In this document: positions 1 to 8,686 of the stretch, in pieces
Position numbering within the stretch: the stretch's first letter is position 1
How the letters are laid out: each line of letters begins with the position of its first letter
NCBI GenBank assembly: GCA_003224725.1
Contig: QHZQ01000043.1
Location: 18,022-56,790 of the forward strand
Source: Acidobacteriota bacterium
GTDB taxonomy: Bacteria; Acidobacteriota; Terriglobia; Versatilivoradales; Versatilivoraceae
Direction of reading: 5' to 3'
Length of the DNA stretch: 38,769 nt
Position numbers and translations under genes: made by a program
The notes under the pieces: generated by a model
What the model was told of the DNA's origin: nothing
What the model saw: only the letters and a program-made list of their open reading frames with translations
The model's database searches: none

Positions 1-251
1 CTCACCTTGTGCGGTGGGTGGACCACAGATACCTTTCCTGTTCGAATGTGACTGTGCAAGAAAACCTCCGCAGCCCTCCGCCTAAATCGAAAGAAGTCCT
101 CCAGCCGTTCGTGCTGGGACTGAACACTAAGGGCAATCGACCGCAATCCTTAGGAGCAAGTTCTTTACTATAATAGTATCTCTTTCTTTTGACAAAGAAT
201 AGTTTAAAGACAAAAAAGACGAACTCGTTTCCAGTTTCTAAAAATTGGAAC

Positions 252-1184
252 CTATTTGGTAGACGCGTAATAGCCTTCCCGCGCTCTAATCTTATAGGTG
301 GGGTTACTTACTCGAATCTCAATTTTCCGAAATTCGCCTCTGACACCCCTTTGCTTGGGATAATACCCCAAATAATATTGGGTGCGTAGCTCGTCTCTGA
401 TATTAATGAACGACGAATGAAGGGATCCGGGTGAAGAAACCTTGAAGAATTTGCCGCCCGTTTTTTCAGTTAAGAAGATCATCGCGTGTTCTCCTGCCAA
501 ATTACGCCCGGGCTCGCTTTTGATGGGCTGTACTACTAACGCGTAGACGACGGCCTCGGAGTTTTGAGCTACCTTCAAGCAATCTCGTAATTGAACTTGA
601 CTGGTAGTATCAGTGCCATCAGAGATTATCACGATAACCTTCCGTCCGCGGGCACTGGACAGACTCTCGGACGCTAAGAAAACCGCGTCGTATAAAGAAG
701 TGCCGCCCCGAGGCTTGATGGAGCGGATGACGCTATTAATTTTTTCCAACCGACTGCCAAATCTCACCAATTCATTCACCTCTTCAGAAACCTGGAAAAT
801 AGAAGTACGGTCAGCCGGGCGAAGTATGGATTGCAGGAATTCAATGGCGGCCTCTTGCTGGGTTTTCAGCTCTGTAACGATACTGATGGAACTATCAAAG
901 AGCAGGCATAGCCGCAATGGCTGATCCGACTCCTTTCCGAAGAGAGCCACTTCCTGCAGGTTGCCATTTTCATAGACTTGAAAGTCTTCTTGCTTCAAGT
1001 TCGAGACCGCAGTTCCTTCTGGTGTGACGACCGTAACCGGAACACCCACCAAGTTGACGTCCACAATCAATTTGAAATCATTTTGGGAAGTATTTGATAA
1101 GACTAAAGCCATTAAGAGTGAAGGTAAGAAGGAAGATAAGAGAGTGAACATTGGTATTAGCCAACGGTACCGTGAAGGGCACAC
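252..1184 (-). CDS. Secreted von Willebrand factor A (VWA) domain protein of the acidobacterial VWFA-related type
   Basis: N-terminal hydrophobic signal-like segment (MFTLLSSFLPSLLMALVLS). MIDAS-like motifs LLFDSSISI, GGTSLYDAV and ISDGTDT. C-terminal RTQYYLGYYP tail is typical of this family. GTG start at 1184; an ATG at 1151 is an alternative. Confidence 0.8.
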   Translation of the reverse strand: MCPSRYRWLIPMFTLLSSFLPSLLMALVLSNTSQNDFKLIVDVNLVGVPVTVVTPEGTAVSNLKQEDFQVYENGNLQEVALFGKESDQPLRLCLLFDSSISIVTELKTQQEAAIEFLQSILRPADRTSIFQVSEEVNELVRFGSRLEKINSVIRSIKPRGGTSLYDAVFLASESLSSARGRKVIVIISDGTDTTSQVQLRDCLKVAQNSEAVVYALVVQPIKSEPGRNLAGEHAMIFLTEKTGGKFFKVSSPGSLHSSFINIRDELRTQYYLGYYPKQRGVRGEFRKIEIRVSNPTYKIRAREGYYASTK

Positions 1185-1282
1185 ACGACACTCAATTTTG
1201 GAGAATCTGAGCTTTTCAACTTGCGAACTTCATGAAGCCTTGGATGACATATCAGGCGGGTCAGTTGCAGATAATCATGTAA

Positions 1283-1744
1283 TCATGAGGTGGGCAACTG
1301 GGTGAAATCGCCCTCGATCCAGACCTCCCCATCTTCGAAGAACTCTTTCTTCCAGATAGGGACAATTTTCTTCAAGGTGTCGATAGCAAAGTGGCAGGCT
1401 TCAAAGGCAATTCTGCGATGGGCAGAGGTAATGACGATGCCGACGCTGGTTTCACCTATCTCGAGTCTACCCAATCGGTGGACGATTCCGACTTGGTTCA
1501 CTGCCCACTTTTGTTTGATCGTCGCGCCAATTTCACTCATTTTTCTTAAGGCCATCGTCTCGTAACCTTCATATTCCAAGTAAAGAGTCCGTCGTCCCTG
1601 GGTATTGTTTCTGACAATTCCTGCGAAGGTCACGATAGCCCCATCTTCCGGTTGGCTGACCTGTCTGGCAAGCTTGTCCAATTGAATGGCATCCTGAACA
1701 ATCTGGTAAACATCTCCAGTTTCATTTTGATGATAGGGTCTCAT
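1283..1744 (-). CDS. moaE: Molybdopterin synthase catalytic subunit MoaE
   Basis: Motifs VTFAGIVRN, IVHRLGRLEIGE and PIWKKE. The gene starts 2 nt after the moaD stop. Confidence 0.85.
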   Translation of the reverse strand: MRPYHQNETGDVYQIVQDAIQLDKLARQVSQPEDGAIVTFAGIVRNNTQGRRTLYLEYEGYETMALRKMSEIGATIKQKWAVNQVGIVHRLGRLEIGETSVGIVITSAHRRIAFEACHFAIDTLKKIVPIWKKEFFEDGEVWIEGDFTQLPTS

Positions 1745-1746
1745 CC

Positions 1747-1998
1747 TCAGTTATCGCCTCCGCTAACGGGCGGGAAGATCGCCAACTCATCACCGTCTTC
1801 AATCCTGGTGTTTAGATCGGCGAATTCTTGGTTGAGGGAGAAGAGCAAGCTTTTCCCAAAACCTTCGACTTGCGGAAATTCGGCTTGTAAGGTATCCCAC
1901 ACATCACGCACGGTGAATATCTCATTGCGATGCAGCTCGACCATTTCGGATCCTACGATCTCCCTAAGCCGGGCAAAAAGCAGAACCTTGATCTTCAT
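1747..1998 (-). CDS. moaD: Molybdopterin synthase sulfur carrier subunit MoaD (ThiS/MoaD fold)
   Basis: MKIKVLLFARLREIVG ... FPPVSGG followed by two extra residues (DN). I prefer the ATG at 1998, which has GAGG upstream. The ORF track starts at 2007. Confidence 0.8.
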   Translation of the reverse strand: MKIKVLLFARLREIVGSEMVELHRNEIFTVRDVWDTLQAEFPQVEGFGKSLLFSLNQEFADLNTRIEDGDELAIFPPVSGGDN

Positions 1999-2481
1999 AA
2001 TCCTCATTGAAAGTCATGTCGAAGGGGACCGTCAAGATAAAAGTTGATAGACCGACAGGGTAACCCGTTTTGCAAACGTCCTGACCAGGGCGGAAAAGAT
2101 AGACGGTTCTGCCTGTCTAGTATATCGAGTGTGAGGAAACCACAATTGCCCCTATAGCTCTTGTGTCACTAAGTCCCATCATGATATTCGTTGTGAAAAC
2201 GATTAGTCATCGGAAGGATTGACGTTGGAATAAGACTGAAATAAGCCTTGACGAAGCACTCCGATTCGGTTACCTTTAATTGGCTGACAACAATGTAAGT
2301 TGTTGTTTTTAAAAATTGTGAAACTTTAGACATGCTCCTGGAGGTGTGTTCTCAAGTTTCACGGTATGATTGCCGTTCCACCTAGTTCTTTCTCAAGTAC
2401 TATCTAAATTAATTTGCTCCCTGCTCCATTGCGTGCCGTTTTAATTTAGCAGACGGGAGCTTTAGACAAGGAGTGTACAGC

Positions 2482-2745
2482 ATGAAAGACTCCGGTTTTG
2501 TCAAAGCTCTCAAGGACATGAACCTAAGATATCCTGAGGGTAAGATTACCAATTTCTTCCCCGAAAAGGGATACGGTTTTATCACAAATCAAAAGGGCGA
2601 GAAGATTTTCTTTTTTTTGCCTGAGGTCGATACGATGGGATGCCGCATAGAAGACATACGCAAGGGCATGCGAGTTGGATATGATGTTTCTCTTACCGCC
2701 AAGGGGAGAAGAATTTCAAGAATGAAAATTCTTAGCGAACACTAA
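2482..2745 (+). CDS. Cold-shock-domain (CSD) protein with a roughly 20-aa N-terminal extension
   Basis: RNP1-like KGYGFI and RNP2-like IFFFL motifs. AAGGAG lies 9 nt upstream of the ATG at 2482. The ORF track starts at the GTG at 2473. Confidence 0.7.
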   Translation: MKDSGFVKALKDMNLRYPEGKITNFFPEKGYGFITNQKGEKIFFFLPEVDTMGCRIEDIRKGMRVGYDVSLTAKGRRISRMKILSEH

Positions 2746-2840
2746 AGTTGGACCAACTCGCAATTGCCATTTCTTCTCAACGGGGAAAATTAACCTATGA
2801 CCTTATGTCCTTGAGGAAAAATTGATACTTAGATAAACGA

Positions 2841-2884
2841 CCACCGTCAGGTGAGAAGGCCCAACCTGATGGTGGTTTTTATTT
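2841..2884 (+). terminator. Rho-independent terminator downstream of the CSD gene
   Basis: 12-bp stem, ccaccgtcaggt (2841-2852) paired with acctgatggtgg (2864-2875), with one G-U pair and an 11-nt loop. It is followed by tttttattt. Confidence 0.65.
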
Positions 2885-2888
2885 GTAG

Positions 2889-3293
2889 TTGATATTTTTT
2901 CTGAGCAAAAGATCTCGGACCCAACGAACGCTTAAAATTTTGAAAAATTATCTCCCTTTGCTTTTGATGTTTGCTCTATGCGCCGTGACGGTGTGGGCAA
3001 TCATTTTTCTGAGTACCTTGCTCGGCCCCAGAAAACCCAGCCAACTGAAGGATACTCCATTTGAGTGTGGGGAACAGCCGTTTCAGCTACCCACTGACCG
3101 TTTTTATGTTAGGTTTTATTTGATTGCAATGCTGTTTATCCTTTTTGACATTGAAGTCGTGTTTCTCTTTCCTTGGGCGGTGGTTTTCAAAACGCTATTT
3201 CTGCCGGGCTTTGTGGGCATGTTCATTTTTATCCTGGTTCTAGGGGCGGGTTATGTCTACGCCTGGAAGAAGGGTGCTTTTGAGTGGGAGTAG
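2889..3293 (+). CDS. nuoA: NADH-quinone oxidoreductase subunit A
   Basis: Motifs NYLPLLLMF, LLGPRKP, PFECGEQP and FDIEVVFLFPWA. The start is uncertain: TTG at 2889 sits only 5 nt after the terminator, while TTG at 2940 would give MKNYLP. Confidence 0.85.
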   Translation: MIFFLSKRSRTQRTLKILKNYLPLLLMFALCAVTVWAIIFLSTLLGPRKPSQLKDTPFECGEQPFQLPTDRFYVRFYLIAMLFILFDIEVVFLFPWAVVFKTLFLPGFVGMFIFILVLGAGYVYAWKKGAFEWE

Positions 3294-3324
3294 TTTTCTG
3301 GAGTGAGACTATTTCCTGAGCCTT

Positions 3325-4353
3325 ATGACAATTTCTGAAGTACAACGTAAATTGGATGCGTTGATCGACGTTGTAAAGGATGCAGACAAAGTTCTGATCC
3401 TCATGCATGACAATCCTGACCCCGACTCTATTGCCAGCGCCCTTGGATTGCAATACATACTGGAACAGCTGGCGAAGAAACCTTCATTGATAGGCTACGC
3501 CGGCATTGTGGGCAGAGCAGAAAACCGCGCAATGCTCAAGTACCTAGGAATTAAGCTCTGTTCCTTGTCGAGAATCTCTTTGCCCGATTTTCCTTGTGTG
3601 GCAATGGTAGACACTCAGCCGTCAACGGGTAATAATTCCCTACCCGCAAGCAGGTCACCCCAGATTGTCATCGACCATCATCCCTATAGACACGCGAGTA
3701 GAAAAGTTCCTTACCGAGAAATAAAGCCGAAATACAATGTCACGGCTTCGATTATTACAGAATATTTGATTGCGTCCCGATTAGTTTTAGACCCGATTCT
3801 AGCCACGGCATTATTCTACGCCATTAAGAGTGAGACCGAAGGTTTGGGAAGGGAGGTAGGGAAGATCGAAGCCAAACTGAGACACTACCTTTATCCCTAT
3901 GTCGATCAGAAGCTCCTGGCCAATATAGAAAACGCTCGTGTTAGCCGGGAATACTTTCAGATTATCCACTCCGCTCTGGAACACGCTCTCATTTATGGTG
4001 ATGCAGTCATGGCAAATCTGGAAACGGTTACAAATCCTGATATTATCGCTGAAGTGGCTGACGTCTTAATGCGGCTCGAAAAGATAAAATGGAGTTTCTG
4101 TTTTGCCGCCTACAATGGGGATATTCTCATCTCAGCCAGAACGATCGATCGGGCCAACGACGTGGGAACTCTAATGCGAACAGCATTCGGAGATTTAGGT
4201 TCGGCAGGAGGTCATGAAATGATGGCTGGGGCCAAGATCTGCGCCAAAACAAAATCCTCTGTGCGCAAGAAGGCGTTTATTCGCCAACTCATGAATCGGT
4301 TACTGAGATTAACAGGTAATGATTCGGATAGAGCAGAAAAGCTAATCACTTAA
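3325..4353 (+). CDS. DHH/DHHA1 family phosphoesterase (NrnA-like oligoribonuclease/pAp phosphatase type)
   Basis: Motifs DNPDPDSIASA, VIDHHP and GSAGGHEMMAGA. It lies 31 nt after nuoA and 15 nt before nuoD. Confidence 0.8.
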   Translation: MTISEVQRKLDALIDVVKDADKVLILMHDNPDPDSIASALGLQYILEQLAKKPSLIGYAGIVGRAENRAMLKYLGIKLCSLSRISLPDFPCVAMVDTQPSTGNNSLPASRSPQIVIDHHPYRHASRKVPYREIKPKYNVTASIITEYLIASRLVLDPILATALFYAIKSETEGLGREVGKIEAKLRHYLYPYVDQKLLANIENARVSREYFQIIHSALEHALIYGDAVMANLETVTNPDIIAEVADVLMRLEKIKWSFCFAAYNGDILISARTIDRANDVGTLMRTAFGDLGSAGGHEMMAGAKICAKTKSSVRKKAFIRQLMNRLLRLTGNDSDRAEKLIT

Positions 4354-4368
4354 TGTAGAGCTCAAGTT

Positions 4369-5721
4369 ATGGCATTGGAGGCTTCTGAACAAAAGGAGGC
4401 TTTGACTTCCCGAAACCTCTTGTTGAATGTCGGACCCTCCCATCCGGCCATGCACGGTGTGATTCGCATTCTGACCGAACTGGAAGGCGAGACCGTAGTA
4501 AAGGCTTCGATAGAAATTGGCTATTTGCACAGAGGCTTTGAGAAAAGTTGCGAGAATGGGAGCTATACTCAGGCTATTCCTTACACAGACCGGCTCAATT
4601 ATGTTTCCCCGTTGATTAACAACTTCGGGTACTGCATAGCCGTAGAAAAACTCATGGGGATTGAAACCACCGAAAGGTGCAAATTCGTCCGGGTGATTAT
4701 GAGTGAGATCTCCCGCGTTTGCGATCACCTGACCTGTGTGGCGGCATCAGCCATGGAATTGGGCGCCATGACGGTATTCCTCTATATGATCAAGGCGCGG
4801 GAATATCTCTGGGAACTGGTTGAGGATGTAACCGGTGCTCGTCTCACCATTTCTTATGGACGTATTGGAGGAATGAGCGGAGACCTCCCCGAAGGGTTCG
4901 AGGTCAAGGCTCGCGAAATCTTCAGAAGGGTCAGAGAGGTTTTAGCCGAAGTGGACAAGCTGCTCACTCGAAACCGGATTTTTGTCGACCGGCTGAAAGG
5001 GGTGGGGATCATTTCTAAAGAAGATGCCGTGGCTTATGGCTTCACGGGGCCCGTTCTTCGTTCCACAGGTGTTGACTATGATGTTCGCAAACATCAGCCA
5101 TATCTCGTTTATGACCAGTTGGATTTTGAAGTTCCGCTAGGCACCACGGGGGATAATCTGGACCGCTACCATGTGCGCATGCAAGAAATGGAGCAAAGCT
5201 TGAGAGTGGCCGAGCAAGCTTTGGAAAAGTTACCTAAGGGAGCCCTCAATGTGAACCACGAGGGCAAGGAAATCGAAGCGCACGAGATGGTAGACCGCGC
5301 AAAAATGGGACTGACTCGAGGGATCAGAGAGACGTTGGTACAACTTTCCCCCAATCTAGAGGGTCTTGAGAACTCCATGTACGATCAAATTGCTGCGAAA
5401 GAGAAGCGAGCCGTGCTGCCTGCCAAACGAGATACCTATGGAAATATTGAAGGGCTCATGAATCATTTCATGTTAATCATAGACGGTCATGGAATCTGTC
5501 CGCCTAAGGGTGAAGCCTATTTTGCAGTGGAAGGAGCGAACGGAGAGCTCGGTTTCTATGTCGTCAGTGATGGGTCAGACAGACCCTATCGCGTTCGTGT
5601 CCGACCTCCTTGCTTTCCCTTGATGGCCGGTCTGCATAAAATGCTGGAAGGTTACATGATGGCGGACGTGGTTCCCACATTCGGCTCCATTAACATGATC
5701 GCCGGAGAACTAGATCGCTAA
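4369..5721 (+). CDS. nuoD: NADH-quinone oxidoreductase subunit D, carrying an internal insertion of roughly 45-50 aa
   Basis: Motifs NVGPSHPAMHGV, GYLHRGFEK and GELGFYVVSDGSDRPYRVRVRPPCF. At 450 aa it is longer than the roughly 400-410 aa typical of NuoD. Confidence 0.93.
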   Translation: MALEASEQKEALTSRNLLLNVGPSHPAMHGVIRILTELEGETVVKASIEIGYLHRGFEKSCENGSYTQAIPYTDRLNYVSPLINNFGYCIAVEKLMGIETTERCKFVRVIMSEISRVCDHLTCVAASAMELGAMTVFLYMIKAREYLWELVEDVTGARLTISYGRIGGMSGDLPEGFEVKAREIFRRVREVLAEVDKLLTRNRIFVDRLKGVGIISKEDAVAYGFTGPVLRSTGVDYDVRKHQPYLVYDQLDFEVPLGTTGDNLDRYHVRMQEMEQSLRVAEQALEKLPKGALNVNHEGKEIEAHEMVDRAKMGLTRGIRETLVQLSPNLEGLENSMYDQIAAKEKRAVLPAKRDTYGNIEGLMNHFMLIIDGHGICPPKGEAYFAVEGANGELGFYVVSDGSDRPYRVRVRPPCFPLMAGLHKMLEGYMMADVVPTFGSINMIAGELDR

Positions 5722-6998
5722 TGCCGGAACTCGTTGTCTTAAGGGATGTTCAAGATTCCGAACTGCGTCATATTGAGGATTACCTAAAGGTCGGCGGTTA
5801 CCAGGCCCTCAAGAAGGTCCTGTTAGAATTGAAGCCGGAGCAAGTTGTAGACGAAGTCAAGAAGTCGGGGCTCAGAGGTCGTGGAGGTGCCGGTTTTCCA
5901 ACTGGCATGAAGTGGAGCTTCATTCCCAAAAATGTCGACAAGCCAAAATATTTGGTGGTTAACGCGGACGAAAGCGAACCGGGTACTTGCAAAGACAGAG
6001 TTATTATCGAAAGAAATCCTCACTTGCTGATGGAAGGCATTGTGATCGGAAGCTATGCCATCGGAGCGCATTGCTGCTATCTCTATATTCGCGGAGAGTA
6101 TTACGAACAGGCACAAATCCTCAGCCTGGCTATTGAGGAGGCTTATCAACATGGTTTTCTTGGAAAGAACATTCTACGTTCAGGCTATGACCTGGATGTC
6201 CATCTCCATCGGGGTGCCGGGGCGTACATTTGTGGAGAAGAAACCGGTCTACTGGAGTCTCTGGAAGGCAAGAAAGGCTGGCCGAGGCTAAAGCCACCGT
6301 TTCCCGCCGTGGTGGGCCTTTATGGTTGTCCGACGGTCATCAATAACGTCGAAACATTGGCGACTGTTCCACGAATCATGGAACGGGGTGCGGATTGGTT
6401 TGCCAGTTTGGGCACGCCAAAGAATGGAGGTACCCGGCTCTTTGCAGTTAGTGGCCACGTTAACAAGCCAGGAACTTACGAGCTCCCGCTTGGAATTCCG
6501 TTGCGTGAAATTATTTTCAACTATGCCGGGGGTATGAAAGATGACAAAGTGCTAAAAGCGGTTATCCCTGGCGGAAGTTCTTGTCCTATCCTGACAGCAG
6601 ATGAAATTGACGTGAAGATGGATTTTGATTCAGTTGCCGCCATCGGTTCGATGCTTGGTTCCGGCGGTGTGGTGGTCATGAATGAAGAGGCCTGCATGGT
6701 GAAAGTCTTGCTTCGGATCGCCAAATTCTATGCTCATGAATCGTGTGGACAGTGTACTCCTTGCCGGGAAGGAACCACCTGGCTGAAAAATATCCTACAA
6801 AGAGTGAATGACGGACAGGGCCGCCCGAAAGATTTGGATCATCTGATGGGCATAGCTTTCAACATGATTGGCACCACGATCTGTCCTCTGAGTGACGCAG
6901 CCGCTCTACCCGTTCGCAGCTTTATTCAGAAATTCAGAAAAGAGTTTGAATACCACGTCCACCAAAAGGCCTGTGATGTGGCCCAAGTGATGGTGTAG
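5721..6998 (+). CDS. nuoF: NADH-quinone oxidoreductase subunit F (FMN and NADH binding)
   Basis: Motifs GRGGAGFPTGMKW and ESCGQCTPCREG. TAATG start/stop overlap with nuoD. Confidence 0.95.
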   Translation: MPELVVLRDVQDSELRHIEDYLKVGGYQALKKVLLELKPEQVVDEVKKSGLRGRGGAGFPTGMKWSFIPKNVDKPKYLVVNADESEPGTCKDRVIIERNPHLLMEGIVIGSYAIGAHCCYLYIRGEYYEQAQILSLAIEEAYQHGFLGKNILRSGYDLDVHLHRGAGAYICGEETGLLESLEGKKGWPRLKPPFPAVVGLYGCPTVINNVETLATVPRIMERGADWFASLGTPKNGGTRLFAVSGHVNKPGTYELPLGIPLREIIFNYAGGMKDDKVLKAVIPGGSSCPILTADEIDVKMDFDSVAAIGSMLGSGGVVVMNEEACMVKVLLRIAKFYAHESCGQCTPCREGTTWLKNILQRVNDGQGRPKDLDHLMGIAFNMIGTTICPLSDAAALPVRSFIQKFRKEFEYHVHQKACDVAQVMV

Positions 6999-7058
6999 CT
7001 GAAATAACAGGTCGCCCACCGACTCAATCAGAACCAACGCTGGAAATCTCAAGAGATT

Positions 7059-8684
7059 ATGCCCACTCTGACCATCAATCAAAAGTCAATTACCGTTCCT
7101 GACGGAACTACCATTATTCAAGCTGCTGAAAAGCTGGATATCGAAATCCCACGTTATTGCTATCATCCTGGTCTCAGCATTGCTGGTTCTTGCCGCATGT
7201 GCTTGGTAGAAGTGGAAAAAATTCCCAAATTCCAGCCGGCTTGCAACACCCGTGTTAGCGAGGGAATGGTAGTTCATACCAACACTGAAAAGGTCAAGGA
7301 AGCGGTCAGTGGCGTCCTCGAATTCCTTCTGATCAACCATCCGCTTGATTGTCCTGTGTGTGACCAGGCGGGCGAGTGTTACCTGCAAGAATACTATATG
7401 AAGTTTGGTCTCTACGACAGTCGGATGGATGAGAACAAGATTAAGCGTCATAAGGCTGAAATTATTGGACCTCATGTCATTCTCGACACCGAACGCTGTA
7501 TTCTGTGTTCTCGCTGTGTACGCTTTGTTAACGAGGTCTCACACAGCCATGAGATTGGAATTTTTAATCGCGGGTCACAATCAGAAATCCGACTGCTTCC
7601 GGGGAAAATTTTGGATAATAACTACTCTGGAAATGTTGTAGACATTTGCCCTGTGGGTGCGCTTACCGATAGAGACTTCCGCTTTCAATGCCGAGTATGG
7701 TACCTGAGCGAAACTAAGTCCATCTGCCCCGGCTGCAGCCGAGGGTGTAACATTTCTATCCACTCCAACCGCCAGCGCCCTCATCACGCCGGGGGGAGAC
7801 GTGTCATGCGATTGAAACCTCGTTTTAATGCCGAGGTCAATCACTGGTGGATTTGCGACGAAGGCCGCTACGGCTACAAGTTCATCGACGACCCGTCGCG
7901 CATTTCTCTGGCTCGAGTGAAGGAAAAGGGAGAATTCTTGGTTCTAACCTTGGACCAGGTCATTGGGCGGGCTGGAGAGAAACTAAGAGAGGCTCTTGAA
8001 AAAGTCGGGAGGGATTCTGTGGTGGTGGTTGCCTCGCCTCGACTAACCAACGAAGATCTTTTTGTGATTCGGAAATTTTTTGGGGAGGATTTAGGACTTT
8101 CCCAGATTGATTTCCGAGTTCCTGACCAAAACCTAGCCAGCGGAGACGACTTTCTGCTGCGAGCCGACAGAAATCCAAATAGCCGCGGAGCAGAAGCTGT
8201 TCTACTGGATGAAAATGGTTTTGATCTAACTCAGCTTCTCAGTATGGAAAATTCGCGAAAACTTCAGCTCCTTTGTCTTTTTGAACAGGACCTGACAAAA
8301 ACGCTAGGCGAAGCCTGGGCCAAGAAATTCTTGCAACAATTCGAATACGTGATTTATGTGGGAAGTAACGAAAACGAAACCAGTGTGCTTTCTCATCTAA
8401 CCTTGCCGAGCGCGACTTACGCTGAAACCGAAGGAACTTTCACCAACTTCGAGGGCAGAGTGCAGAAGATTAATCAGGCTGTCGAACCTCTTGGCGATTC
8501 CCTACCCACATGGCAAATTGTCTCAAAACTGGCTTGCGCTTTGGGTTACCGATACAACTATGAGAATGCGGAAGAGGTCTTTGGGGAATTGGCTGAGCGT
8601 GTGGTTGAGTTTCAGGATCTTGCTTATGAGAAAATTGGCGACAGTGGCGTCGAGATACCCGATATCTCAAAAGTGCAAGTCTAG
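7059..8684 (+). CDS. nuoG: NADH-quinone oxidoreductase subunit G (short 541-aa form)
   Basis: 2Fe-2S motif CYHPGLSIAGSCRMCLVEV, plus HPLDCPVCDQAGEC, CILCSRCVRF and CPVGAL. The C-terminal molybdopterin-oxidoreductase-like part is short. Confidence 0.88.
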   Translation: MPTLTINQKSITVPDGTTIIQAAEKLDIEIPRYCYHPGLSIAGSCRMCLVEVEKIPKFQPACNTRVSEGMVVHTNTEKVKEAVSGVLEFLLINHPLDCPVCDQAGECYLQEYYMKFGLYDSRMDENKIKRHKAEIIGPHVILDTERCILCSRCVRFVNEVSHSHEIGIFNRGSQSEIRLLPGKILDNNYSGNVVDICPVGALTDRDFRFQCRVWYLSETKSICPGCSRGCNISIHSNRQRPHHAGGRRVMRLKPRFNAEVNHWWICDEGRYGYKFIDDPSRISLARVKEKGEFLVLTLDQVIGRAGEKLREALEKVGRDSVVVVASPRLTNEDLFVIRKFFGEDLGLSQIDFRVPDQNLASGDDFLLRADRNPNSRGAEAVLLDENGFDLTQLLSMENSRKLQLLCLFEQDLTKTLGEAWAKKFLQQFEYVIYVGSNENETSVLSHLTLPSATYAETEGTFTNFEGRVQKINQAVEPLGDSLPTWQIVSKLACALGYRYNYENAEEVFGELAERVVEFQDLAYEKIGDSGVEIPDISKVQV

Positions 8685-8686
8685 TC

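Noticed and set aside
1-188. RNase P RNA, tmRNA or SRP RNA fragment at the left edge
   Set aside because: Strings such as gaaagaagtcc and acagatacc only loosely resemble conserved RNase P regions. The other universal blocks are absent.
2008-2300. Possible Moco riboswitch upstream of moaD (minus strand)
   Set aside because: I looked for the conserved Moco-motif elements in the reverse complement and could not find a convincing match by eye. A covariance-model search would be needed, so I make no claim.
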